A stretch of DNA of 39,663 nt. It comes from Candidatus Woesearchaeota archaeon (GTDB taxonomy: Archaea > Nanobdellota > Nanobdellia > SCGC-AAA011-G17 > GW2011-AR17). The notes beneath the pieces are model-generated. The model was not told the origin of the DNA, did no database searches, and saw only the letters and a list, made by a program, of their open reading frames with translations. The stretch spans positions 1-39,663 of the forward strand of contig JAGVZZ010000019.1 of NCBI GenBank assembly GCA_018302205.1, in the 5' to 3' direction. A program made the position numbers and the translations under genes. The first letter of the stretch is position 1. Each line of letters starts with the position of its first letter. Below are positions 7,335-15,925 of the stretch, in pieces.

Positions 7335-10300
7335 CTAAATTTTCTGTAACCAACCTTTCTTAGGCTCAAAGAAATCCCCATTCTTTTTCAAAGCATCAAC
7401 AACTTCTTCAAGTTTCCTTTCAGTAATTCCTTTCTCAAAAACTTTAGGCTTCAAATCATCTTCAATATTAATTGGCCCACCCATTTTCTCTTCAGATAAT
7501 TCATACAAAATATCACGAACATCTAATATTCTTCCACGCACGGAAGCACTAATCCCAGTGGTCATTCGATCAATATCAATCTTCCCAGTATCCGGATCAA
7601 CACCAATTTCATTCATACAACCTCTCAATAAATTAATCCCTCTGATAGCATCTTCTTCATCAACGGTCGCTTTTAATTTAATTCTCGCAGAAGCCTCAGC
7701 CAATCTAACAACAGCCTCTAATTGCCTAGCAGAAATAGGAATGGATTTAATAGAAGAATCTCCCTCAGACCCAGATGAACGCAATTCTACATAAAATGTT
7801 CTAATTACATCAACAGCAGCTTCAGTTAATTTAGGTGAAATTCTTTGTCGAGTATAAGCAATATATTTTCTCAACAATTTTCCACTGATTTCCGGAGGTG
7901 AATCTTTATACGAGTGTGACTCCAAAACTTTAGAAGCAATATTTGCATCAATTTCTTTATTTGGTAAATCTCTCATTACAAAAATTAAATCAAACCTGTT
8001 AATCAAAGCAGGCGGCATATCAATCTGATTTGGAATGGGTGTAAATGGATCAAATCTTCCCATCTTTGGGTTTGCAGCAGCAAGTATAGAAGTTTGAGTT
8101 CGTAAAGTAGCCTGTATGTTAGCCTTCGCAATAGAAATTTGCTGTTGTTCCATCGCCTCGTGTAAAGCTGAAGTATCTTCTTTAGAAATTTTATCCATCT
8201 CATCTAAAACTAAAATTCCTTTATCTGCTAATACCATAGCTCCTGCTTCCAAAGCCCAACCTCTTAAAAATTCATCCTTAACAACAGACGCTGTAAGCCC
8301 AGCTCCAGACGCACTTCGTCCAGCAACATACCTAGACTTAGGCGCAGTTTTATCAACAAATGTTAACATTTGACTTTTTCCACAATTATGTGAAACAATC
8401 CCATTTGCAATAAACATATGACTTTCAGGGACTTCAAAATCATAAACATCTTTTACTCCAGCAAAATCAATTGAAACAATTTTTTCCCATTCTTGATAAC
8501 CTTTCCTTTTTCTTTCTCTTTGATTAATTACTTCTTTAACTTTCAATAAAGCATTATTCTTTTTTTCAGAAACAAATCCAATATCATATCAAAAGCTCTG
8601 CGTATACATAAGTTATCCTCAATAATTCTAGATTGTATTCCAAAATACAAAAGCAATAATTGAACATCCTTAAGCAATTCACTATATCTGGATTTTAATT
8701 GAATTGATGTTCTTCCTCTACCATTTCCAAATGCACATCCATCAGCTTCAAACAACCATCTCAAGAATGATGCAACAACAATGTTTGGACTTTGGAAAAT
8801 ACTTTGTGGTACTTTTTTTTCAGAAAGAAAACTTAAAGATTGAGCAATATGTTTACTATTAGCTTCAATTAAATGAACTTGTTGAGTAGAAATATCCATC
8901 AATATTTTGAATCATACTGATTTTAGGAGTTCTTACAGAATAATATGTTTCAATATCAAAAACATCTTTCCATAATTTATTCAAAGGTTCCATCAATTCT
9001 TGTTCAGTATCAGCAACATAACACGTAACCCTATACCCATTAGGGTGCACATTCCCATCACCAATAATATACCCATATAATGCAGCCAACTCTGGAGTCA
9101 CTTCTTCAGGTAACCGAACTTCTTTCAAAACTCCAGAAATTTTCTTAACAAAATTAAAATTAGTTTTTACATAATCCTTAACATTATTTTTTATTACAGA
9201 AGCAACTTTAATTTCTTCACTAAGATTCAAACAATCAGCACGTTTCCATCCTTCTTTACTTAACAAGGGATGATCCAAAGTACAAGTCAATTGCTTACCA
9301 GTTTCAGTTGTTACTTTCAAAACTAATTTTCTTTCATATTTATGGAACACCTTTGCATAATCAAAACCTTCTTCATTTACACAAGCAAGTTTCAAATTCA
9401 TCTTCTCCAAATGATTTTTCCCCAAATTCTGAATTTTTTCCATCCCATTATCAAACAACGCAACTTTAGAATCCCCAACAATACACCCAGGATCCCCGAC
9501 TAATAATACATGCAAATCTCCTCTAACAATAGTTTGATCTGCTTTAATTTTTCTAATCCCCCCAAACATTTGCAATAGAATAGCTTCCTTGATTTTAGTA
9601 TGCCCATAAATAGATGGCGCAATGCTCGCAATTAACCTATCAAAAATCTTTTTATCTTTAGCCAATTTTTTAATTTCCAATTCATCTTCAGGACTAATAT
9701 TAATCTCAGAATAATCTTCCTCAACAGGCTCAACAAAATTCCCATTAACACCTAAATCAAACCTAGTTGAAGTCCCACCAGTTTTAGTTGGCACAGGAAT
9801 CTCAAACATCAACCCATTAACAATAACCCTTGTTCCTGGAGTTGTCCTTTTCTCCATCTTAGGTTCTACTAAATCTTCCCTCAAAAAAATCTGCATTCTT
9901 TTCGGTTGCGCCCCACCCTCTAAATTCTCTGGTGATTCTTCAATAACAATTCTTTGTACATCCACTAATTCTTTTGATAATAACCTAAACTTCCCTTTTC
10001 TCCCACATGAACATCTTGAAGGCTCTCTAAAGTTCGCATCTATTTGCGGCATTGTAATAGTATTCCCACATGACGGACACTCAAACTTCGCACTTACTGC
10101 TTGTGGCCGAACTTCAGAACTCTGTCTAATGATTCCTTCCATTGCAATGAACTTATTCAAATGCTTACTTCTCAAATTTTTAATATAAATTTCCTGAGAC
10201 TTAGGCAACCCTTTAAACCTAACCCTGAACCCTTTTTTTACATCAAACTGCTCCAAAGCCATCTCAGCAGCCTTCAAAGTCTCTTCAGGCTCTTCTAGCA

Positions 10301-10457
10301 ACTGATCAGCCAATTTCGGATCAAACTTAGTCAACTCAAAAAAATCTAAAACGATAAAATTATGCCCTTTTGACAAATTCTCATGCAATTGCTTCTGATA
10401 ACTCTGCTCAACAAATTCCTGAAATTTTTCTATTTGATCAGCTGCATCAATGGTCAT
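7335..10457 (-). CDS. mcm: MCM replicative helicase carrying an intein; reading frame broken twice inside the intein
   Basis: N-terminal domain with Zn ribbon CPSCG..CSCG. Walker A is LLVGDPG|intein|CGKSQML. Walker B is ILVLDEMDK, and the arginine finger region is SILAAANP. The N-extein (9486-10457) and C-extein (7335-8384) are in the same frame and give about 673 aa after splicing. Confidence 0.9.
8385..9485 (-). mobile_element. LAGLIDADG-type intein in the MCM P-loop (1101 nt), with two internal frame shifts
   Basis: Cys1 (CIVGDSKV), block B CTLDHPLL, LAGLIDADG motifs LAALYGYIIGDGN and FLRWLFEADGCA, terminal VSHN followed by Cys+1. The second LAGLIDADG motif lies in a different frame (ORF 8543-8902). 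Confidence 0.88.
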
Positions 10458-10480
10458 AAGTCCAGGAATAGAATTATTGA

Positions 10481-10488
10481 ATATAAAG
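10481..10488 (-). promoter_or_regulatory. TATA box (ATATAAAG), 24 nt upstream of the mcm ATG
   Basis: Motif and spacing. Confidence 0.4.
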
Positions 10489-10501
10489 ATTTGTGTTGTT
10501 T

Positions 10502-10520
10502 TTCCGAAAGATATTCGGAA
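10502..10520. other. 7-bp stem hairpin (TTCCGAA-agata-TTCGGAA) between the RelE stop and the MCM promoter
   Basis: Perfect inverted repeat read directly from the sequence, flanked by T-rich tracts. Could be a terminator or an operator. Confidence 0.35.
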
Positions 10521-10582
10521 TTTGTTTTAAGAAAACTATTTTTTAATGATTATTTTACAACTATTATAAAAATTTACTAAAA

Positions 10583-10837
10583 TCAATCATACACATCTTT
10601 TCTATGATCAAAACAATTAATAATAATTCTATTTTCTTCGAATCTATAAATAATACGAAAAGGAGGAATTCGAATACTTCTATGGTTCTTTAATTCATAC
10701 TTCAAAGGTTTACCAACTTCAGGCAGATCAGCAATTTTCTTTAATTGTTTAAGAATTCTTAAACGTAAAGTTTTATCTTTAATTTTTTTAAAATCCTTTC
10801 TAAATTCCTCAGAAAAGATTATTTCCAATTTAAACAC
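10583..10837 (-). CDS. relE: RelE/ParE-family type II toxin
   Basis: 84 aa with a typical RelE pattern: ...LKYELKNHRSIRIPPFRIIYRFEENRIIINCFDHRKDVY. Overlaps the upstream antitoxin by 8 nt. Confidence 0.85.
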   Translation of the reverse strand: MFKLEIIFSEEFRKDFKKIKDKTLRLRILKQLKKIADLPEVGKPLKYELKNHRSIRIPPFRIIYRFEENRIIINCFDHRKDVYD

Positions 10838-11108
10838 CCATTAAAAGATCATCCATTTCTTTATCATTAATTGAAACATCAACTTTCACAAATTTTCCTC
10901 TTTTTATTTGCTCTTCACTTCTTTCAATCATTTCTAATAACTTAATATCTTTATTCAAAGTTTCTTTTCTAATTACTTTTAATAAAATATTTCCTCCTTC
11001 ATTAAAAACCAAAAATTTTACTGAAGGTTCTAAACCAGCATCCTTTCTAACTTCAACAGGAATAACTACTTGACCATTTTCTGACATTTTTGTTATAGCA
11101 ACTTCCAT
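10830..11108 (-). CDS. AbrB/SpoVT-family antitoxin
   Basis: N-terminal swapped-hairpin motif SENGQVVIPVEVRKDAGL. Lies upstream of and overlaps the toxin gene. Confidence 0.8.
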   Translation of the reverse strand: MEVAITKMSENGQVVIPVEVRKDAGLEPSVKFLVFNEGGNILLKVIRKETLNKDIKLLEMIERSEEQIKRGKFVKVDVSINDKEMDDLLMGV

Positions 11109-11146
11109 TTCTTCTCCTAAAATAGCTTTTAATATTAAAATCCCTT

Positions 11147-11437
11147 TTATATATAAACTTTTCTGTTTTTCACATTATTAAATATTCCTTCTGAATTTGC
11201 ACAATTCATATTTTGTTTTCCACCAGAAGTTAATATTGATAGGGTATGTACAAATTGTACTCACCCTTTTGCAAGTTCTTCATCTCTTTGTCTCATTCGA
11301 TTAATATACTGCTTTATATCAACAGAATCTGTCAAAGCAAAAACAATATCTTCAACAACAAACCACCATTCATCTTTATACCAAGTTCTTCTAATTTTAC
11401 TATCTTGAAATACAATCAAAGATTTCTTTTCTGCCAT
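11147..11437 (-). pseudogene. Remnant of a BRO-N (phage antirepressor-type) domain gene, with an in-frame TGA and 3' truncation
   Basis: MAEKKSLIVFQDSKIRRTWYKDEWWFVVEDIVFALTDS fits the BRO-N pattern. After the TGA at 11261-11263 the same frame continues VQFVHTLSILTSGGKQNMNCANSEGIF, then ends early at 11147. Confidence 0.55.
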
Positions 11438-11521
11438 AAAATCAACATTCAAAATATCCTTAATAAATCTATTCCTCAAATTTCCGAAATATTTGCACTT
11501 TGCTTAAAAGATTTTCAAAAA

Positions 11522-12637
11522 TTATTTCTTATCAATCTTTTTCACTTTTCCTTCTTTAAATGTAATTTCAACTATATCTCCAGTCTTCAAAACTTTTGTA
11601 GCAATTTGTGTTCCAACTATTGCAGGAATCTTAAATTCTCTGCTAATGATCGCTGCATGTGACGTAACTCCCCCCTCATCAGTAATGATTGCTTTAACAC
11701 CATTTAAATATGGCACAAAATGTGGCGTAGTTTGTATAGCCACTAAAATCTTACCTTTATAATTTCCTTTCAATTCTTCCTTATTTTTTACCAGAACAAC
11801 TTCGCCATTAATAATTTCATCAGAAGCATATGTCACTCTCCCCTCAATTAAATCATTAATAACTTTCTTCTCAAATAATTCATTAAAATGAGTACTGACA
11901 TCTTCAATAGTTCTAACATCATCAATAACTTCAGATTTTTTTCTTAGACCCAAAAAGATATAATCATCCTTTTTTCTTTTACTAATTAATTTGTTAACAC
12001 CCTTTTTATCACCAAGGGATTTTAATAGTTCTTCATAAGTCAAATAGCCCATAAAATCTTTAGGGTTCTTAACTCCCAAATAGAATTGTAGAAAATACCA
12101 AATAGCCTCACCTAATTTTTCTTCTCCAAAAACAACACTATTTCTCCATTTATCATGCATTTTTAAAAGACTTTTTCCCTTAGCCCCAACTTCAGTAAGC
12201 TTCATCCCTAGTGAGAATAATACAAAAAAATGTACCCCATACTCTTTATATTTTTCACAAATTTCAACAAACAAATCCTTAGCATTTCCAGAATCATTCT
12301 TTTTACAAGATTCTTTTAATTTATTACATAGAAGAATAATTTCTTTCCAGAGTAATTTATCTTTCTTTAAAAAAACTTTAATAATATTTTCATCCTTCTT
12401 AATTTGCTTTAGAGAATAAGAATGAAATTCTTTAGCTTGAGTTGAGTTAAAAATTCTTATTAAAATATTTTTTTTAGAGGGACATAATAAACATTCAATA
12501 AAATCTATACCATAACTTTTCTTCATCAACTCTCTTTGCCCTTCAACCTTCAAAGAAAACATCAATAAACTAACCTCGGCCCTAACTCCTTGAAACCATT
12601 TCTCATTCTTAATATAATCTAAGATAATCATACACAT
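11522..12637 (-). CDS. Protein with a C-terminal PEP-utilising-enzyme mobile (phosphohistidine swivel) domain and an uncharacterised N-terminal region
   Basis: ITDEGGVTSHAAIISREFKIPAIVGT...TGDIVEI is the canonical swivel-domain signature. No ATP-grasp or PEP-binding domain is recognisable upstream. Confidence 0.75.
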   Translation of the reverse strand: MCMIILDYIKNEKWFQGVRAEVSLLMFSLKVEGQRELMKKSYGIDFIECLLCPSKKNILIRIFNSTQAKEFHSYSLKQIKKDENIIKVFLKKDKLLWKEIILLCNKLKESCKKNDSGNAKDLFVEICEKYKEYGVHFFVLFSLGMKLTEVGAKGKSLLKMHDKWRNSVVFGEEKLGEAIWYFLQFYLGVKNPKDFMGYLTYEELLKSLGDKKGVNKLISKRKKDDYIFLGLRKKSEVIDDVRTIEDVSTHFNELFEKKVINDLIEGRVTYASDEIINGEVVLVKNKEELKGNYKGKILVAIQTTPHFVPYLNGVKAIITDEGGVTSHAAIISREFKIPAIVGTQIATKVLKTGDIVEITFKEGKVKKIDKK

Positions 12638-12666
12638 TCAAATGAAACTAAATCTTAAAAAGATTC

Positions 12667-13320
12667 CTATAACCTTTCTTTAAGTTGTTCATTACTAAGA
12701 TAACCTTGCCCAATAGATAATCTTCTACGATTATTATTTAATACCACCAAACCACAATTATCAAAAAACTCTAAATCCTCACCACAAGAACCAACAAGAC
12801 GCTCTAATAATCCTCCATTTAAAACAAAAATATAACCTCCAAGACTAAGCATCATTTCTCGAATAAAATCAAAGGAATCCCCATTACTACCATTAGCATA
12901 ATCATAACCTAATTTTTCAGTTAAGGCATCAGGGCCATAAAAACCAAACTCTCGACCCATACCCTTTTGAATTAATTTAGCAGTCTGCTCATTTCTAAAG
13001 ATCCTCTTACTTGCTTTTGTTGGCACAACACCTTTTGTAATATCCGTTCTTGAAGCTAAATATCTCCCTAGGACATTTGCTTGTACAGAACCATACTGAC
13101 TCAAAGAAAAAGGAAAAATTGGGAAATCAGAATCCTTAACTCCATTTCTAGCAATAAACCTTTCAGTTTGATCATCATCAGAAATAAGTCCCATTAATTG
13201 TTCTTTACTAATTCCATCATGAGGATTTCCTCTTAAAAGATTCCGACTATTTGGACTTAATAGACTCCACAATTCATTAACATAAGTTCTTCCATGCCGA
13301 GTTAAATAAACAAATTCCAT
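12667..13320 (-). CDS. Histidine phosphatase superfamily (phosphoglycerate-mutase-like) protein, atypical
   Basis: N-terminal YLTRHGRTYVNE (RHGxTxxN). The distal motif reads IFVLNGGLLERL where VSHGG is normally expected. Confidence 0.6.
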   Translation of the reverse strand: MEFVYLTRHGRTYVNELWSLLSPNSRNLLRGNPHDGISKEQLMGLISDDDQTERFIARNGVKDSDFPIFPFSLSQYGSVQANVLGRYLASRTDITKGVVPTKASKRIFRNEQTAKLIQKGMGREFGFYGPDALTEKLGYDYANGSNGDSFDFIREMMLSLGGYIFVLNGGLLERLVGSCGEDLEFFDNCGLVVLNNNRRRLSIGQGYLSNEQLKERL

Positions 13321-13450
13321 TCTATATTTTTTAAGCCCCTAACAGGTATATAAACTTAACTACTGTATAGAAACAACAACTGGGAGCAAAAAACATACCA
13401 TAAACATTAGCTAAAAACTAGTCTCATTCAAAGAAGATTATTTTCCATTC

Positions 13451-13642
13451 TTACCAACCATTCCTTAAAATAATTGTAATAATAAAAAAGATTACTAATC
13501 CAATAAGCATAATCAAAACATTCTCAGAAGTAACAGTTTTATTCAATAAATAAGTTACAAACAAATATACAGCAGACCAAATAACTGCAACAGCAACTGC
13601 ATCTCTTCCTTTGAATTGTTTCTTACTTTTCATTAGATTCAA
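13451..13642 (-). CDS. Small membrane protein (2 predicted TM helices)
   Basis: Hydrophobic stretches AVAVAVIWSAVYLFVTYLL and LIMLIGLVIFFIITIIL. Overlaps the upstream small ORF by 20 nt. Confidence 0.4.
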   Translation of the reverse strand: MNLMKSKKQFKGRDAVAVAVIWSAVYLFVTYLLNKTVTSENVLIMLIGLVIFFIITIILRNGW

Positions 13643-13841
13643 CCTTAACTTCTAAACCCCCAAGAGATTTTTCATTTGAATAATAAATTCCACTAGCCAT
13701 AACACCATACCATAATAAACTCGTAAAAATAAAACCCAAAGGCCCTGTACTATACTCTCCCAATTCTAAAAGATTACAAAGTTCTCCAGAATCATCATTA
13801 TATCTTCTCTCACTCAGAAATTGAGATATTTCATCTTTCAT
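13623..13841 (-). CDS. Small hypothetical protein with one hydrophobic segment
   Basis: ORF only. GPLGFIFTSLLWYGVMASGIYY is a putative TM segment. Confidence 0.35.
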   Translation of the reverse strand: MKDEISQFLSERRYNDDSGELCNLLELGEYSTGPLGFIFTSLLWYGVMASGIYYSNEKSLGGLEVKVESNEK

Positions 13842-13893
13842 GTTTTTGATCCAACTTTTTTAGTTTTTCCATGAATGCTTTTACAAAAAGGAT

Positions 13894-14442
13894 TCACTTA
13901 TACCCAATCTTAGCAAGTTCTTTTATCAACAAGTCAACTGCTTCATGCAATTTACTCTCTGATCTTGTTCCAGTACAAACAATTTTTCCGTTACTGAACA
14001 ACAAGAATGTAGCACGAGTTCCAGGAAGTTTATACACAAGGCCAGGAAATTGCTCAGGTTCGTATTCAGTGTTTGTTAATTGAACAGCCAAAGCGTTTAG
14101 ATTCAAATCCAACCCAATAGATCCAGCAGCAACTAAGTTCTGCACTGTAAATTTTGGTTGAACAGTAATTTTAACTTTAATCTTTTCAACATTTTTAATA
14201 ATCATATCAATTGATTCTTTAACAATCTGCATGGATTTTGCTCCAGTACAAACAATTTTTCCAGAACTGAAAATTAATGCTGATGTTTTAGGTTCTTTAA
14301 TTCTCATAACTAAACCTGGAAACTGTTCAGGGTTATATTCAGTATTAGGTAATGCTTCTGCTAACTTTACTAATGGAATAGGTCTTTCCAAACTAGAAGT
14401 TGCAACAATATTTACAATCTTGATTTCTTTCTTTGCCACCAT
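13894..14442 (-). CDS. tbp: TATA-box binding protein
   Basis: Two direct TBP repeats (NIVATSSL...EQFPGLVMR...LIFSSGKIVCTGAKS and NLVAAGSI...EQFPGLVYK...LLFSNGKIVCTGTRS). SD-like GGAGGC lies 6 nt upstream of the ATG. Confidence 0.95.
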   Translation of the reverse strand: MVAKKEIKIVNIVATSSLERPIPLVKLAEALPNTEYNPEQFPGLVMRIKEPKTSALIFSSGKIVCTGAKSMQIVKESIDMIIKNVEKIKVKITVQPKFTVQNLVAAGSIGLDLNLNALAVQLTNTEYEPEQFPGLVYKLPGTRATFLLFSNGKIVCTGTRSESKLHEAVDLLIKELAKIGYK

Positions 14443-14491
14443 ATTATAGCCTCCAATCGCTATTTTACAAGTCCTAACTAATAAATAATCC

Positions 14492-14511
14492 TTTATAAAC
14501 CTATTTATAAA
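14492..14511. promoter_or_regulatory. Tandem duplicated TATA elements (ctTTATAAAc / ctaTTTATAAAc) upstream of tbp
   Basis: Two copies of TTTATAAA at 14492-14499 and 14504-14511, which are 50 and 62 nt from the tbp ATG. This is consistent with a short SD-containing leader. Confidence 0.4.
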
Positions 14512-14517
14512 CTACTT

Positions 14518-14533
14518 GTCTCTAATTAGAGAC
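14518..14533. promoter_or_regulatory. Perfect 16-bp palindrome GTCTCTAATTAGAGAC in the tbp / orf14593 divergent intergenic region
   Basis: Read directly from the sequence. Lies immediately distal to the duplicated TATA boxes. Candidate dimeric transcription-factor site. Confidence 0.4.
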
Positions 14534-14592
14534 TAATAAAATATTCTTTCTATAAAGATAGATTTAAAAATAAAAACTAAAAAAGAAAATAA

Positions 14593-15099
14593 ATGACAAA
14601 AGAATATTCAGATATAGAAGTAATTAATGATGATATAATCTTGAGATTATTATTTGAATGTGGGTATAATCCCCTTGTTCCACAAGAAGTTAGAGTTAAA
14701 AAAACAACCTATTTAAAAGAACAAAACGGAATTCTTTCGGATTTAGATAGATTATTTGAAGACGGTATAATTCAAAAAACTTGCGAAGATTCTACAAGTG
14801 CTCATTGGTTTGCATTATATGGGGAATATTTAAAATCTAAATTAAATAAAGGCGATCAATTATCAAATCATTTAACACCAATTGCATTTGCTAGATGTCT
14901 AGAAGACCTAACCACTTCAGGCCATCTAAGATTAGCCCACCCATTTAATGATGAAAGATTACATCCAATAAAAAATAAAGGCGATTATTGGCGCAGAACT
15001 TGTTCTTGTAGAGTTATTCAAAATACACTTAATCAAGATATAACGGCTTTATCAAAAGAAGCCCTTAGATATCCATTATATTTTTCTAGAATCCGGTAA
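14593..15099 (+). CDS. Hypothetical protein
   Basis: 168-aa ORF with coding-like composition and no recognisable motifs. Confidence 0.4.
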   Translation: MTKEYSDIEVINDDIILRLLFECGYNPLVPQEVRVKKTTYLKEQNGILSDLDRLFEDGIIQKTCEDSTSAHWFALYGEYLKSKLNKGDQLSNHLTPIAFARCLEDLTTSGHLRLAHPFNDERLHPIKNKGDYWRRTCSCRVIQNTLNQDITALSKEALRYPLYFSRIR

Positions 15100-15177
15100 A
15101 AAACTTCTTAACTTTAATTTCACCTTCAAGCTTATATTACTATAACCACATAAATATTCAATAACAATTTTACAAAT

Positions 15178-15522
15178 TTAAAAACAATAACTATGAGCTT
15201 TATCAATAATAACATGAAGAGTTCGTTTTTGAATATCATCAGATCTTAAATTTTCTTCTAATTCTTCTAAAAATATTAAACGTGATCTTGCAAAAAATTC
15301 CATACGTTTATTTGTAAACGGAAAAAAATATCTAGTTCCACAACAAATACATCCATAATTAATCCCCTTACCGAGCTCAATCGACGATGTAATTACATGA
15401 TGATCTAATGGACACAAAGCCTTAACAGCACTTGGACCAAACCTTCTATCAAATTCTCTAACCGACATTCTTTCAAAATCCTCAGCAGTTCCTTCAAAGA
15501 ATAATTGTGAATATCCAGCCAT
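15178..15522 (-). CDS. Hypothetical Cys/His-containing small protein
   Basis: 114-aa ORF. CPLDHH ... CICCG could form a metal site. No family recognised. Confidence 0.4.
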   Translation of the reverse strand: MAGYSQLFFEGTAEDFERMSVREFDRRFGPSAVKALCPLDHHVITSSIELGKGINYGCICCGTRYFFPFTNKRMEFFARSRLIFLEELEENLRSDDIQKRTLHVIIDKAHSYCF

Positions 15523-15541
15523 AAAAATAAAAATTTTTCAC

Positions 15542-15925
15542 CTATTTATTAACCTTTTCAATCCCAATAACAAACTTCTTCTTTTTAATATCACCAACAA
15601 CAGAAGCACCTTTATCCAAAGTTTCAGCTCCAAAATTAATTTCAACAGCCCCACATCTCTCTACAATCATATTTTTCCAATGCTTAAGATCAACTTCAAA
15701 CTTCAAATATAATCTAATCCGATCATCCCTATTCAATCCAGCTTCTTTCCTTAGAGCTTGAACCTTCCTCATTACTTCTCTAGCAAATCCTTCTTCTTCT
15801 AAATCTTTAGTCATAGTAAAATCTAATTTAACAGAAATTTCTTTACCTTGACTATAATCAATAGTTTTAACATTCAATTGTTTTGAAATCAATCCAACAA
15901 TTTCTTCATCTAAATTAACATCACT
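15542..15925 (-). CDS. ileS: C-terminal segment of isoleucyl-tRNA synthetase in the +1 frame
   Basis: DVNLDEEIVGLISKQLNVK...EEEGFAREVMRKVQALRKEAGLNRDDRI matches the IleRS C-terminal junction and EGxAREhxRxIQxxRK motif. There is no ATG, only a TTG at 15892. Confidence 0.75.
   Translation of the reverse strand, partial: SDVNLDEEIVGLISKQLNVKTIDYSQGKEISVKLDFTMTKDLEEEGFAREVMRKVQALRKEAGLNRDDRIRLYLKFEVDLKHWKNMIVERCGAVEINFGAETLDKGASVVGDIKKKKFVIGIEKVNK

Noticed and set aside
7335-10457. Interpretation of the broken MCM gene as a natural split intein (trans-splicing halves)
   Set aside because: The downstream half has no ATG before the intein C-terminal blocks, only a TTG. It has no promoter element. 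The upstream half retains half of the endonuclease domain. The geometry fits two indels in a contiguous intein better.
11261-11263. Possibility that TGA is recoded (for example to Trp or Gly) in this genome, which would explain the in-frame TGA and the TGA-terminated fragments
   Set aside because: TGA ends well-conserved genes at their expected C-termini, including rfcS and the ATPase. In the MCM and ileS cases, reading through the TGA runs into TAA or TGA stops within 2-5 codons. Standard stop usage therefore fits better.
11246-11662. 138-aa plus-strand ORF spanning the BRO-N remnant and the 3' end of the PEP-swivel gene
   Set aside because: It is antisense to two better-supported minus-strand features. 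The sequence is low-complexity and Phe/Ile/Asn-rich, as expected from AT-rich antisense DNA.
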